From Chiloscyllium plagiosum (taxonomy: Eukaryota), in NCBI RefSeq assembly GCF_004010195.1, contig NC_057753.1:6137520-6201519 (forward strand): a stretch of 64,000 nucleotides of DNA, written 5' to 3'. The notes under the pieces are model-generated. The model saw only the letters and a list, made by a program, of their open reading frames with translations. It was not told the origin of the DNA and searched no databases. Made by a program: the position numbers and the translations under genes. How positions within the stretch are numbered: position 1 is the first letter of the stretch; each line of letters starts with the position of its first letter. Positions 11,920 to 24,329 of this stretch are shown here, in pieces.

Positions 11920-13830
11920 CACATCTATTGTTTAAATGGTGAAAAAATACAGCATGCTGCCCTTGTGCATGAATTGCAAAATGTTGGTTTGCAGGTGCAG
12001 CAGGTCTTTAAGAAGGCAAATGGAATATTGTCCTTTGTCGCTAGACAGATGAAGTTAAAACTTAGGGAGGTTGTGCTGCAGCAGTATGGGGTGCTGGTGA
12101 GGCCATCCTAAGAGTACATTGAACAGTGTTTGTCTCTTTACTTGGGAAAGGATGCACTGACACTGGAGGGGATGTAGAGCAGATTCACTAGATTGATGCT
12201 GGAATTGTGAAGTTTGTTCAAAGTTTGTGAGAAGAGTTATAGCTCGGGTGCTCGTTGTTGTGCTTCTGTTTGCCGACCTGAGAATTTGTGTTGCATACGT
12301 TCCGTCCTCTGTCTAGGTGACGTCCTCAGTGCTTGGGAGCCTCCTGTGAAGCGCTTCTGTGATGTTTCCTCTGGCATTTATAATGGTTTGTCTCTGCGCT
12401 TCCGGTTGTCAGTTCCAGCTGTCCACTGCAGTGGCCGGTATATTGGGTCCAGGTCGATGTGTTTTTTGATAGAATCTTTGGATGAGTGCCATGCTTTCTA
12501 GGAATTCCCTGGCTGTTCTCTGTTTGACTTGTCCTATAATAGTAGTGTTGTCCCAGTCGAACTCACGTTGCTTGTCATCTGCGTGTGTGGCTGCTAAGAA
12601 TAGTTGGTCGTGTCGTTTCGTGGCCAGTTGGTGTTCATGGATACAGATCGTTAGATGTCTTCCTGTTCGTCCTATGTAGTGTTTTGTGCAGTCCTTGCAT
12701 GGGATTTTGTACACTACGTTGGTTTTGCTCATGCTGGGTAACGGGTCCTTTGTCCTGGTGAGTTGTTGTCTGAGAGTAGCTATTGGTTTGTGTGCTATTA
12801 TGAGTCCTAGTGGTCTTAGTAGTCTGGCTGTCAGTTCAGAAATGTTCTTGATGCATGGTAACGTGGCTAGTCCTTTGGGTTGTGGCCTGTCCTCATTCCG
12901 TTGTCTCTCCATTAGACATCTGTTGATGAAATTGCGGGGGTATCCGAATACATTGTAGTGGTGTTGTTCTTCCTCTTTTTGCAGTTCTGGTGTGCTGCAG
13001 TGTGTTGTGGCCCTTTTGAACAGTGTCTTGATGCAACTTCTTTTGTGTGTGTTGGGGTGGTTGCTTTCGTATTTCAGGACTTTGCCTGTGTGTGTGGCTT
13101 TCCTGTATACCTTTGTAGTGAATTCTCCGTTAGGTGTTCTCTGTACCCTCACGTCTAGGAATGGGAGTTGGTTGTCCTTTTCTTCCTCTCTCGTGAATCG
13201 GATTCCTGTGAGTGTGGCGTTGATGATCCAGTGGGTGTTTTCTATTTCTGTATGTTTAATGATTACAAAGGTGTCATCTACATATCTGAACCAGAGTTTG
13301 GGTTGAATTTGCGGTAAGACTGTTTGTTCTAATCTTTGCATTACAGCTCCTGCTATGAAGTTTGTCTAACGAGGAGGGATTGAATATGCTGGGACTACAC
13401 TAATCGGAATTTTTAAAAAAATTATGTGGGGGGAATCTTATTGAAACATGCACAGTAATGAAGAGAAAAAAGATAGAAGCAGGGAGGTCGTTTCCACTGG
13501 CAGGTTAAACTAGAATTGGGGGCAGAACCTCAAAATAAAGGAGAGTAGGCTGAGAACTGAATTCAGGAGTAACGTTTTCAAACACAGACTTACGAATGCA
13601 TAGAATTCCCTGCCCAGTGAAGTAGGTGAGGCCACTTCGTTGAATCTTTTAAAGGCAAAGATAAATTTTTGAACAGCAAAGGAATTCAAGGTAATGGTGA
13701 GCAGGCAGGGAAGTGGAGCTGAGTCCACGGAAAAGATCATCGATGATCTCATTAAATGGCTGAGCAGGCTCAATGGACCAGATGACCTCCTGCTGCTTCA
13801 ACTTATGTCCTTACGTCATGTTCTTATCTG
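11920..13830 (+). mobile_element. CR1-type LINE 3' fragment split by a Penelope-like insertion
   Basis: LQVQQVFKKANGILSFVAR before the insertion; CR1 C-terminus and tail after 13356. Confidence 0.8.
12218..13355 (-). mobile_element. 5'-truncated Penelope-like element (RT C-terminal part plus GIY-YIG endonuclease)
   Basis: ORF 12409-13341 has WFRYVDDTF, LPFLDV, VYRKATHT and NVVYKIPCKDCTKHYIGRT..EH. It is flanked by a 10-bp TSD tgaagtttgt (12208-12217 and 13356-13365). Confidence 0.93.
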
Positions 13831-14216
13831 TCTTCCATCCATTGACCGACCCGCACCCAAACCTTCCCTCTTTCTTTCTCTTCTCCACTGATTTTATCAC
13901 TCTTTCAGTGTCCCTCTCACTCTCATTCTCCTTCAAAGATCTTCCCTCCTGCAAACTTTATCTCTCGAGCATTCCCTCTGACCCACAATTCCCTCACGTT
14001 TTTCAAACCTCTCTCCCTCTCACTGTCACTCTGGCTGACGTGAAGAAGCATTAAATGGCTGACCGACTGACTGACTGAGTCCTTCTGAACCAATTATACT
14101 GGCTTTGTAGATTAAAACACATGTCAAATTCAAATACTATCATCTTTCCGCCTCCTGCAGATGCTTTTGGTGAGACGTGAACCAATGTAACTTAATGCTC
14201 GACTGAGGAGGGAGAT

Positions 14217-15580
14217 AGGAGAAAGTGAGGACTGCAAATGCTGGAGATCAGAGCTGAAAACTGTGTTGCTGGAAAAGCGCAGCAGGTCAAGCAGCATCCA
14301 AAGATCAAGAGAATCGACGTTTCAGGCATGTGCCCTTCTTCAGGAATGAGGAAAATGTGCCAAGCAGGCTAAGATGATGAGGTTGGGGTTGGAGCGGAGG
14401 GACTGGAGGGCTTCACGTTGCGAGGGTGAGAGGTTGGAGTGGGTGAGAGGGGTGGACAGGTTGAGGTGGTTAGTGTCGCGGCGTCAGTAGGCTATGAAGA
14501 GATCTCTTCGACTGACTGAACTGGTCCTCACTCTGAACAACTGCTCTTTCCAATCGTCCCACTTCCTCCAAGCCAAAGGGGTAGCCATGGGCACCCGCAT
14601 GGGCCCCAGCTATGCCTTTCTCTTCGTAGGATATGTGTTACAGTCCATCTTCCGTAGCTACAATGGCAACACCCCCCACCTTTTCCTCCACTACATCGAT
14701 GACTGTATCGGCGTTACCTCGTGCTCCCACGAGGAGGTTGAACAGTTCATCCACTTTACGAACATCTTCCACCCCGAACTCAAATTTACCTGTACCGTCT
14801 CAGACTCCTCCCTCCCCTTCCTAGACCTCTCCATTTCTATCTCGGGCGACCGACTCGACACGGACATTTATAAACTGACCGACTCCCACAGCTACCTAGA
14901 CTACACCTCCTTCCACCCTGGCCCCTGGAAAAACACTATCCCATATTCCCAATTCCTTCGCCTCTGCCGCATCTGCTCCCAGGAGGACCAGTTCCAATAC
15001 CAAACAACCCAGGTGGCCTCCTTCTTCAAAGACCGCAATTTCCCCTGAGACGTGGTTGACGATGCTCTCTACCGCATCTCCTCACTTCCCGCTCTTCTGC
15101 CCTTGAACTCCGCCCCTCCAATCGCCACCAGGACAGAAACCCACTGGTCCTCACCTACTACCCCACCAACCTCCGTATACATCGTATCATCCGTCGTCAT
15201 TTCCGCCACCTCCAAACGGACCCCACCACCAAGGATATATTTCCCTATTTGCAGAACGTTTCAGAGAACACCTCTGGGACACCCGCACCAACCAACCCAA
15301 CCACCCGTGGCTGAACATTTTAGACTCAGCACCACCTTCTTGACCTGCAATCTTCTTCCTGTCCTCTCCGCCCCCACCCCCTCTCCGGCCTATCACCTTT
15401 ACCTTAACCTCGTTCTACCTATCGCATTTCCAACGCCCCTTCCCCAAGACCCTCCCCCCTACCTTTTATCTTAGCCTGCTTGTCATTGCTGAAGAAGGGC
15501 TCATGCCCAAAACGTCGATTGTCCTGATCTTTGGATGCTGCCTGACCTGCTGTGCTTTTCCAACAACACATTTTTCAGCC
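14217..15580 (+). mobile_element. Penelope-like element of a second family, with an inverted terminal repeat at its 5' end
   Basis: ORF 14494-15048 has GVAMGTRMGPSYA, FLHYIDDCIG, LPFLDL and IPYSQFLRL. 14252-14343 is the reverse complement of 15489-15579. TSD gaggagggagat / gaggggggagat (14205-14216 and 15581-15592). Confidence 0.9.
14316..14343 (-). ncRNA. Minimal type-I hammerhead ribozyme motif in a Penelope-like terminal repeat
   Basis: Minus strand reads CUGAAGA-A-GGGC-acau-GCCU-GAAA-CGUC. Both catalytic boxes, helix II (one G-U pair) and a GUC cleavage triplet are present. Confidence 0.7.
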
Positions 15581-15782
15581 GAGGGGGGAGATTATAAACG
15601 AAATGGTACAAGGCGAAACTGAGTGAAAGGAGAAAGACAAAATGTTATCATGTATTGTATCAGCACAGGAGAGAAGCAAACTGACAAATTATTTTTTCTT
15701 TCATCCATTCCCTCACAGTCACACTCACTCCTTCACATATACAGGTACTCCCTCACAAATATATACCTAAGACCCATATACG

Positions 15783-16053
15783 GGGAGGCGATAGCCTAGT
15801 GATGTTTTCCCTGGACAGTTCATCCAGAGACCCAGGTAATGATTCAAGGATCCGGGTTCGAATCCACCATCGCAAAAATGTGGAATTTGAATACAGTAAA
15901 TATCTGGAATTAAGAATCTAATAACTACTATAATTCCATTGCGAATTCTCAGGAAAAAAAAACATCTGGTTCACTGAACGCCTACATCTGACACAAAAAA
16001 GTGGTTGACTGCAACTGCCCTCTGCGGCAATTAGAGATGGGCAATAAATGCTG
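15783..16053 (+). mobile_element. Second tRNA-derived SINE family
   Basis: A-box-like tagcctagtg, B-box ggttcgaatcc, body atctggttcact..gtggttgact and a gggcaataaatgctg end. Related pieces occur at ~26750-26990 and ~28935-29025. Confidence 0.75.
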
Positions 16054-16689
16054 TGTTTGTACGTGTGCGTGTCTGAATGTGTGAGAGCATGGCAGAGTGT
16101 TTGTGCGTGCTAACATGTATCCGCGTGAGTGTCTTTTGTGCCAGATTCAGTGTGTAAGAGAGATTTCATGTAAAAGAGAATGAATGCAACTTTGTGTTCG
16201 TCTGTGTGAGTCGAGAAGGAACTTCAAAGGGCTATTAATATCTTCAACGAAAGAAAATATCTGACCTAGAAAGATTCGCAGTAAGAGTTCCTCATGTTCC
16301 CAATACAATCTCCTAGCAATAACTGGCAATGTATCTTTTATCCTCCTCAATGTTTGCTCTACAATCATGTTTACTTTCTAATATAATCAACAATCACTGG
16401 ACAACAAAGTTCAAACATTTCTATCATTTCAAACCCAAGCATTCTGGTTTTTTTCTTCCCTGTTCTTCCTACAGACATGAATCATATTTTGCCACAAAAT
16501 ATTTCCTCTGCCAATGCTTGAAATTCACCAGACAAGATACAGGCAGCAAAGTGGATGACATGATGAGATGTAACAAACTCTGTTACATTCAGTATCCTCA
16601 TATTGCAATGTGCGAGTTTCCAGTCAGAAAGCTGGACTCCCACAGGGAGAAATCCTCATTGGTTTGGAGGTAAGGACGGCGTATACAGT

Positions 16690-17475
16690 GGGACCTTGAT
16701 CAGATGGAGAATTCAGCCAGGGATTGACAAATGCTATTCAATGCAAATAAATGTGAGGTGTTGCACTTTGGAAAGTCAAAACAATGTAGGACGTGTACAG
16801 GAAGTGGTCAGGTCTTGAGGAATGTTATGGAACAGTAGGACCTAGGAGCACAAGTACAGTTCTTGGAAAGTGGCGTCACAGGTAGATAGGGTGGTGAAGA
16901 AGGCATTTAGCATTCTGGCCTTCCTTGGGTGATGCATTGAATACAGGAGTTGGGATGTTGATGGTAGTTTTGGTCACCCTGTTGTAGAAAAGACATAGGT
17001 AAACTGGAAAAAGTGAAAAGAAGAATATTGCCAAAACTAGTGGCCCTGAGTTACAGACGAGATTTGCCAGGATGGGACTTTATTCATTAGAAGGAAGAGG
17101 AATGAGGGGTGAACATATCGAGTTGCACAAAATCATGACAGGTATCGATAGGATCAATGTAGATCGTCTTTTTCCCAGGGGTCGGGAATTGAAAACTGAA
17201 GGGCATCGCTTGAAGGTGAGAGGGGAGAGACTTAAGAAGACCCTAAAGGGCAACTTCTTCACTCAGAGTAATGCGTATATGGAATGGGCTGCCACAGAAA
17301 GTGGATGAGGCAGGTACAAAAAGAATAGATAAGAAGCATTTACATAAGAACATGGATGAGAAGGGTTTAGAGGAACACGCAACTAGCTGACCGGGCACCA
17401 TGGTCAGCATGAACCCGTTTGAGCCCAAGGGCCTGTTTCCATGCTGTATTACTCGACAGCTCTATGACTCGATGG
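16690..17475 (+). mobile_element. CR1-type LINE 3' fragment
   Basis: GLYSLEGRGMRGEHIELHKIMTGIDR..KGNFFTQ and tail gggcctgtttccatgctgta..ctctatgactc. Confidence 0.88.
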
Positions 17476-18479
17476 TGAGGAACACTCATTTTAATATGTC
17501 AATGAGATCGTTTGTAAGTCTTTGCTGCGCCTTGAGATTTCTCTACGTTAATTTCCATTGCTTCCTTACTAAGGGAACCTGTTCATATCTGGTTAAAGAC
17601 TCTTCAGTCATTCCCACTGCTTCCTCTCCTACCCAACATAATCTTGTCAATAAGCCTGGAGATATTACATTTTTCCCTTCGTCTAATTTATTGACATTGG
17701 TTGTAAATATTTGTAGATTTAGCAGTGACCCTTCCAGCACAACACAAGTACCAGCTCATCAAACAAGAAATGAGCCTGTCTACTCTCCACCAGCCAATCC
17801 TATACACTGCAGCAAACACTGTTACATTGATTGCGTTGTCTGACCTAAGTTAAACTTTTGTAATGTACTCTCAGAATGAGAGTGATGAGAGAGGGAGACA
17901 TAGAAGTGACAGATAATGTGAGAGGGAGACAGAGAAAGGGAGAAACAGAACAAAAAAGAAAGACAAGTGCAATAAGTGTGACAGATATATGTATAGTTCT
18001 CAAAAGATGATTTAAAAGAAAATCAGAGACAGATCTCTCGTTATCGGACAATGTGATGATGTAATTTCAAACCAGTGGGCAAGGGGTTTTCGATGTGAAA
18101 AATATAGAGGGGATTTCTTACCTTGTACCTAACGCCGTGCAATACCTGCCTTGAAACTGTTTGGTGAGGATGGTGGGGTAACAGATTTATTCTGCACTGC
18201 ACCCCGATTGTTCCTGCGCTTGGTGTGTACAGAGGATAGTACACTGACAATATTTCTCTTTGTTTCGGCTCTGGTATCACCGTGCAATGAATTTCTGGAG
18301 GGGGATTGGGCATCTTATTGAAAAGCATCCAATTCTAACAAGGCTGGACGGACTACAGCGTATATGCAGGGAAGATGTTTCGCCTGGTGAGGGAGCCTCG
18401 AACAAAACCTCACAATCTCAGGATTTGGGAGAGGCCGTTTCGAATTGAGATGAAGGGAACTTTTTTTTTCCCATTTTGA

Positions 18480-21400
18480 GCTGCGGTGGAAGCGGTGAGA
18501 GTGTGTGCCAGGGGGCTGCTGGGAAGGTAAATTTCCCTCTAAAATGACTTACCTGGAGATGCATGGGCCTCCATCTTCAGCACCAACAGGAGTTAGTGAG
18601 AGAGCGAGGAACTGAGCGGGAGTGGTTGAGTTGCGCTCTGGGAATGTGAGTGAACGGATATGTTTGGACAGTGACTGAATCTGAACACTACACGTGCAGT
18701 GTCTCTCATCCACCCTCCTCCTCTAATCATTTAAAATATTGTTTCTTTTTTTATCGTGTGACTAGTGATTTATTTTCTTTGTTTTCAATACCCGAATGTT
18801 TGATATTATAGTTGGAGAAAGTTAAGCCTAAGATTTAAAAATGACAAGAGATCTCCGACCCGGGTTATGTCCCTCTTGTTCTAATGTGGGAAGTCAGGGA
18901 CGTGGTTGATGTCCCTGGCTCCTTCACGTGTAGAAAGTGTGTTCAACTGCAGCACTTGTTAGGCTGCATGAAGGCTCTGGAACTGCAGATGGCCTCACTT
19001 TGGAACATCTGCAATGCTGAGGAGTTCATGCCTACACGCTTAGCAAATTGCTCACACCACAGATTAGGAAGGCTGAGGGAGAAAGGGAATGGGTGACCAA
19101 AAGGCAGAGAAAGAGCAGCGAGGCAGTACAGGTGTCTCCTGCAGTCACCTCTCTCCAAAAGAGGTACCTGTATATACTTTCGATACTTTTTGGGCTAACG
19201 GCACATCAGGGGAAGACCGCAGTAGTCAGCTTCATGGCACTATGGCTGGTTCTGTTGCAGAGGAGAGCGAGCAAGGTCTATAGTAATCGGGGATCCCATT
19301 GTAAGGTGAGTAGATAGGCAGTTTTGTGGTCGAAAACGAGACTCCAGAAAGGTATGTTGCTGCCCAGGTGAGCAGGTCAGGGATATCTCAGGTAGGCTGC
19401 AGAACGTTCTGAAGGGGGAGCATGAACAGCGAGTTGTCGCACAGCATATAGGCAAGACTATATAGGTAAAAAATGGGATGAGGTCCTTTCAGCATAATTT
19501 AGGGATGAGGACCTCAGAGTTGTAATCACAAGTTTGCTACCAGTGCCACGTTCCAGTGAGAGTAGAAGTGAAAGAATAGGGAATATGAATGCGTGGCTTG
19601 AGAGATGGTGCAGGAGGAAATGGTATAGATTTTTGGGACATTGCGAACGGATCTGGGAGAGGTGAGGTTATTACAAATTGGACGGTCTACAGCTTGGCTG
19701 GATTGGAACAAATGTCCGTGGAGGTGCTTCTGCTAATGGTGTTTGGGAGGGTTTACCTAATATGCCGGGGGCATGGACCCCAAATGAGGAGGCCAGCGAA
19801 CAGTAAGGAGGTATTAACTAAACTCTGTAAGGAAATAGATAATGATGTCAGCATGAAGAGACATGTGGTCTAAGTCAGGTCAACTTAGAGCTCGAATTAG
19901 TTCGTGGGAATGTGATTGTACTGCTATTACTAAGACTTAGTTGAGGAAAGAGCATGCTTGGAAAATAATTATCTCAGGATGTATATGTTCCAGGTGGGAT
20001 AGAGAACGAAGTAAAAGGGGTGGAGGAGTTGCATTACTGTTCGGGGAGAATATCACAGCTGTGCTGAAGGAGGGAATTATATGGGACTGGAGCTGTGAGG
20101 CAATATGGGCAGAATTCAGAAAAAGGAAGGGTGTAGTAGCAATGCTGGGGCTGTACTCTCGGCCTCCCAACAGCGCGCGTGAGATAGAGGTACAAGTATG
20201 TAAACAGATTATTAAAAGATGTCAGAGCAACAGGGTGGTGGTAGGAGATCTTAATTTTCCCAATATTTACTGGAATTCACTTAGTGTTACAGGTCTAAAT
20301 GAAGCAGAATTTGCAAGAAACATCCTGGAGTGCTTTCTAGAGCAGTATGAAAATAGCCCAACTCGGAAAGGGGCCAGAGTGCATCTGATGTGGGCGAATG
20401 AGCCCGGCCAGGTGTTTTAAGTTTCAGTAGGGGATTACTTTGGGAAGAGTGATTACAATTCCGTAAGTTTTAGAATACTCGTGGACAAAGATGAAAGTGG
20501 TCCTGAAGGAATAGTGCTAAATTGTGGGTGGCACGGTGGCACAGTGGTTAGCACTGCTGCCTCACAGCGCCAGAGACCCGGGTTCAATTCCCGCCTCAGG
20601 CGACTGACTGTGTGGAGTTTGCACGTTCTCCCCCTGTCTGCGTGGGTTTCCTCCGGGTGCTCCGGTTTCCTCCCACAGTCCAAAGATGTGCAGGTCAGGT
20701 GAATTGGCCATGCTAAATTGCCCGTAGTGTTAGGTATCGAGGTAAATGTAGGTGTGGACTTGTTGGGCCGAAGGGCCTGTTTCTACACTGTAATGTAATC
20801 TAATCTAATCTAAATTGAAGGAAGGCCAACCGAACCAAAATTGGACAGGAGTTGTGGAATGTGGATTGGGAGCAGCTGTGTGAAGTAAAATCCACATTTG
20901 ATGTGTGGGAGGCTTTGAAGAAGGTTTGATTAGAGTGCAGAACCAATATGCCCCAGTGAAAATGATGGATAGAAATGAGAAGATTAGGGAAACATAGATG
21001 ACATGTGAAATTATGAGACCAGCTAAGAGGAAAAAAAAACATGCAGAACGTCTAGTGACTGAAGACAGACGAAGCTTTGGAAGAATGTCATGAATACAGG
21101 ACCAATCTGAAACGAGGATTTTAAAGGTTTCGAAGGGGTCATGAAATATCATTAGCAAACAGGGTTAAGTATAATCACATAATTTTATTCACATCAGAAG
21201 CAAGAGGGTAACGGGTTGGCCCACTCAAGGACAGAGGAGAAGTCAGAGAAAATGTGCCAAATTCTTAACGAATACATTGCATCTGTATTCACCAAAGAGA
21301 GCGTCAGGACGGCTGTTGAGGCTAGGGATAGATGTTTTATTACTGTAGATCAAGTCGACATAAGAAGGGAGGAAGTGGGTATCCAAAAGGCATTAAGGTC

Positions 21401-22732
21401 CGGATGAGATCAATCTCAGGTTATTAAGGGAAGCGAGAGAGGAAATAGTTAGGCCCTTAACAGATATCTTTGCAGCATCCCTGATAATGGGTGAGGTCCA
21501 GGAGGACTGGAGAATTGCTAATATTGTCCTCTTGTTGAAGAAGGGTAACGGGAACAATCCAGGTTATTATCGAGCAGTGAGCCTGACGTCAGTGGTAGCA
21601 AAGCTGCTGGAGATGATGCTTAGGGATAGGATCTCAAACCATTTGGAAGAAAATGGGCTTATCAGTCATAGACAACACGGTTTTATGCAGGGAAGGTCAT
21701 GTCTTACCAAACTAATAGAATTACTTGAGGAAGTGACAACGTTGATTGATGAGGAAAGAGCTGTAGGGATCATTCACATGGACTTCAGTAAGGTGTTTGA
21801 TAAGGTTCTCTATTGTAACTGCAGGAGAAAGTGAAGTCGCATGTGTTCCAGTGTGTACTAGTTAGATGGATGAAGAACTGGCTGGGCAACAGGAGACAGA
21901 AATTTGTATTGGAAGGGATATTCTCAAAATTGAAATCTCGAATCAGTGGTATCAACAGGAACTTGTGCTGGGACCACTGCGGTTTGTGATAGACGAACAA
22001 GCGAACTATATAGTAAACGTAAAAGTCCAGGGAAAGCTGATGGAGTTAAGGATCTGGGTTTTCAGGTCCATTTTAACCTAAAGTTGACAACGCAGCTCGA
22101 TAAAGTTGTCAAGAAGCCAAACGGCATGCTTTCCTTCATTGGGCGTGGCATTGAGTACAAGCGATGGAATGTCATGTTATAGCTGCTTACGAATGTGGTT
22201 CAGCCACATTTGGAATACAGCATATATTTCTGGTCGCTACATGACCAAAAGGATATGGATATTGTGGCGAGAGTGCAGAGGAAGTTCACCAGGAAGAGAG
22301 GTTGAGTAGATCAGGATTATTTTCATTAGAAAGGCAGAGGTTGAGTGAGGACATGATTGAGGTCTACAAAATTATGAGAAGTTTAGACAGGGTGGATAGC
22401 AAGAAGGTTTTTCCCAATATGGAGGACTCAATTACTAGGTGTTACGAGTTCTAGGTGAGAGGGGGAAACTTTAAGGGAAATATACGTGGCAAGTTATTTT
22501 TACTGAGGGTGGTAGGTGTCTGGAACACGTTGCCAGTGGAAGTCGTGAAGGCAGGCACGATAGCATCATTTAAGGTGTATCTAAATAGGTACATGAATGG
22601 GCAGGCAGCAGAGGGACGGAGGCCCTTGGAAAATAGGTGAAAGGTTTTGACAGAGATTTTTGGTTCGGCACAGCCTTGGAGGGCCGAAGGGTCTGTTCCC
22701 GTGTTGTAATTTTCTTTGTTCGTTGTTCTTTT
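18480..22732 (+). mobile_element. Near full-length, decayed CR1-type LINE
   Basis: 5' UTR; ORF1 with zinc finger (LCPSC..MWEV..FTCRKC) and SGNH/GDSL-esterase-like IVIGDPIVR..VCCCPG; ORF2 with endonuclease (RGGGVALL, YSRPPN, VVGDLNFP) and RT (EDWRIANIV, QHGFMQGRSCLTKL, MDFSKVFDKV); 3' tail gggccgaagggtctgttcc. Contains many stops and deletions. Confidence 0.92.
20525..20809 (+). mobile_element. Young HE1 V-SINE inserted in CR1 ORF2
   Basis: Intact A box (tggcacagtgg), B box (ggttcaattcc), V-domain and (tctaa)n tail; 8-bp TSD ctaaattg (20517-20524 and 20810-20817). Confidence 0.95.
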
Positions 22733-23173
22733 TCAACCTGCAGATGAGAATGGTGTGGAGGTCAAGCCATTCAATATATTCAGGATAGAGATTGACAATT
22801 GTTTCAGAGATGAAAGATATTATAGGGTATGGAGAGAAAGTGGTAACATGACGTCAAGATAGCAGGGCTGAATGGTCTATTCCTGCTCCTTATTTCTATG
22901 TTTCTGTCACTGTGGTGCCCTCCTGAAAATCTCATCCTGAAAAATATCAGAGCTTGTTTTGGAGAAATTGACTTTTCATTGCAGAACTGTTTACAGCGTC
23001 GGTTGAGGATGAACGTGCTCCACATGATGACAAATCATTGGCAACAATGTTTGACACTTCATGGATCTTCCTGATTGTTAGTGGACCCAGGACGTTCACG
23101 TTCTGTTTAACTTATGTAAAGAGGAAACACTGAACAAATTGGGTTGGACATGTATAAAACACTTTTGAAATAA

Positions 23174-23475
23174 TAGATTAGATTACATTACAGTGTGGAA
23201 ACAGGCCCTTCGGCCCAACAGGTCCACACCGACCCGCATAAGCGCAACCCACCCATACCCCTACATTTACCCCTTACCGGCAATTTAGCATGGCCAATTC
23301 ACCTGCCCTGCACATCTTTGGGCTGTGGGAGGAAACCGGAGCACCCAACGGAAACCCACGCAGACACGGGGAGAATGTGCAAACTCCACACAGTCAGTCA
23401 CCCGAGGCGGGAATTGAAACCGGGTCTCCGGCGCTGTGAGGCTGCATTGCTAACCACTGTGCCACCGTGCCGCCC
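23174..23475 (-). mobile_element. Young HE1 V-SINE
   Basis: Close reverse-complement match to 20525-20809. Confidence 0.95.
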
Positions 23476-23729
23476 ACCATTAATAATTTAATGGTATCCC
23501 AAAGATTTTTTTTAACAGGTAATCAAGCTGAATTCAAGTGTATTTAGCGGTGTTAAGGGAATGGGTAATTAATTTCAGGGACAGACTTACAGACAGCGAT
23601 ACAGAGCCAGAGACACAGATAGAGGACAATACTCTCCTGGACACGTTTCGGAGGTGGTGTTGAGACACAGATAAGGTAATGCAGCAGCAGGTGGAGGGCA
23701 ATCATTCTCTGATCTTGTAGAAGGTTTGT

Positions 23730-24035
23730 TCTTTATCTAATTCTGTACTGTCCCTGTTCTGGGTATATTTAATGAAGACAAGGTTGAGAGACCTTTGCTC
23801 TTTATCTGACCCCGTGCTGTCCCTGTCGAGGGAGTTTTCAAATGGACAGTGTACAAAGTGCTTTACTCTGTATGGAATCTCATGCTGTTCCTGTCCTGCA
23901 AGAGTTTGATGGGGACAGTGCAGAGATGGCTTTGCTCTTAATCTTTTCTCCTTCTGTCCCTGTCCAGGGAGTGATTGGTAGACAACAATGCCGAGGGAGC
24001 TTTACGCTGTATCAAACTCCACACTGTGCCATTAC
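23730..24035. repeat. Degenerate ~67-bp tandem repeat, 4-5 units
   Basis: Recurrent ctttgctctttatct..gctgtccctgtc..ggagt.tt.atggggacagtg.agag. A weaker relative lies at ~18105-18250. Confidence 0.75.
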
Positions 24036-24329
24036 TGCGTGACCTCTATCTACCGTCTTGTTCATTCTCCTCCTCGCCACCTGCTACAGAACCAGTCTAG
24101 CAGTGATGGTCTTTGGATTCCGACCTGCTGACTCAATAGTGCTCTGCTAAGCTGTTCTTGATTGTGGGTAGTGAAATTCTCCATCCAGTGTTCACTCTCC
24201 ACCTTTGAACGCTCAGTGCTTCTTCAAAATATTGGCAATTGTGGGGGAACAGTGATCCATTCAGCTGAGAGTGGAGAATCAGCAGGAAGTTTGACCTGAC
24301 ACCATGATGTTTCTTTAAAACAAGACCAA

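Noticed and set aside
20525..20600. tRNA gene
   Set aside because: The A/B boxes belong to the tRNA-derived head of an HE1 SINE, followed by a V-domain, tail and TSD. The same applies to the SINE head at 15783.
23195..23491. Recurrent small ORFs (METGPSAQQVHTD..., also 29233, 1984, 20453, 49434) as a gene family
   Set aside because: They are chance translations of HE1 SINE copies.
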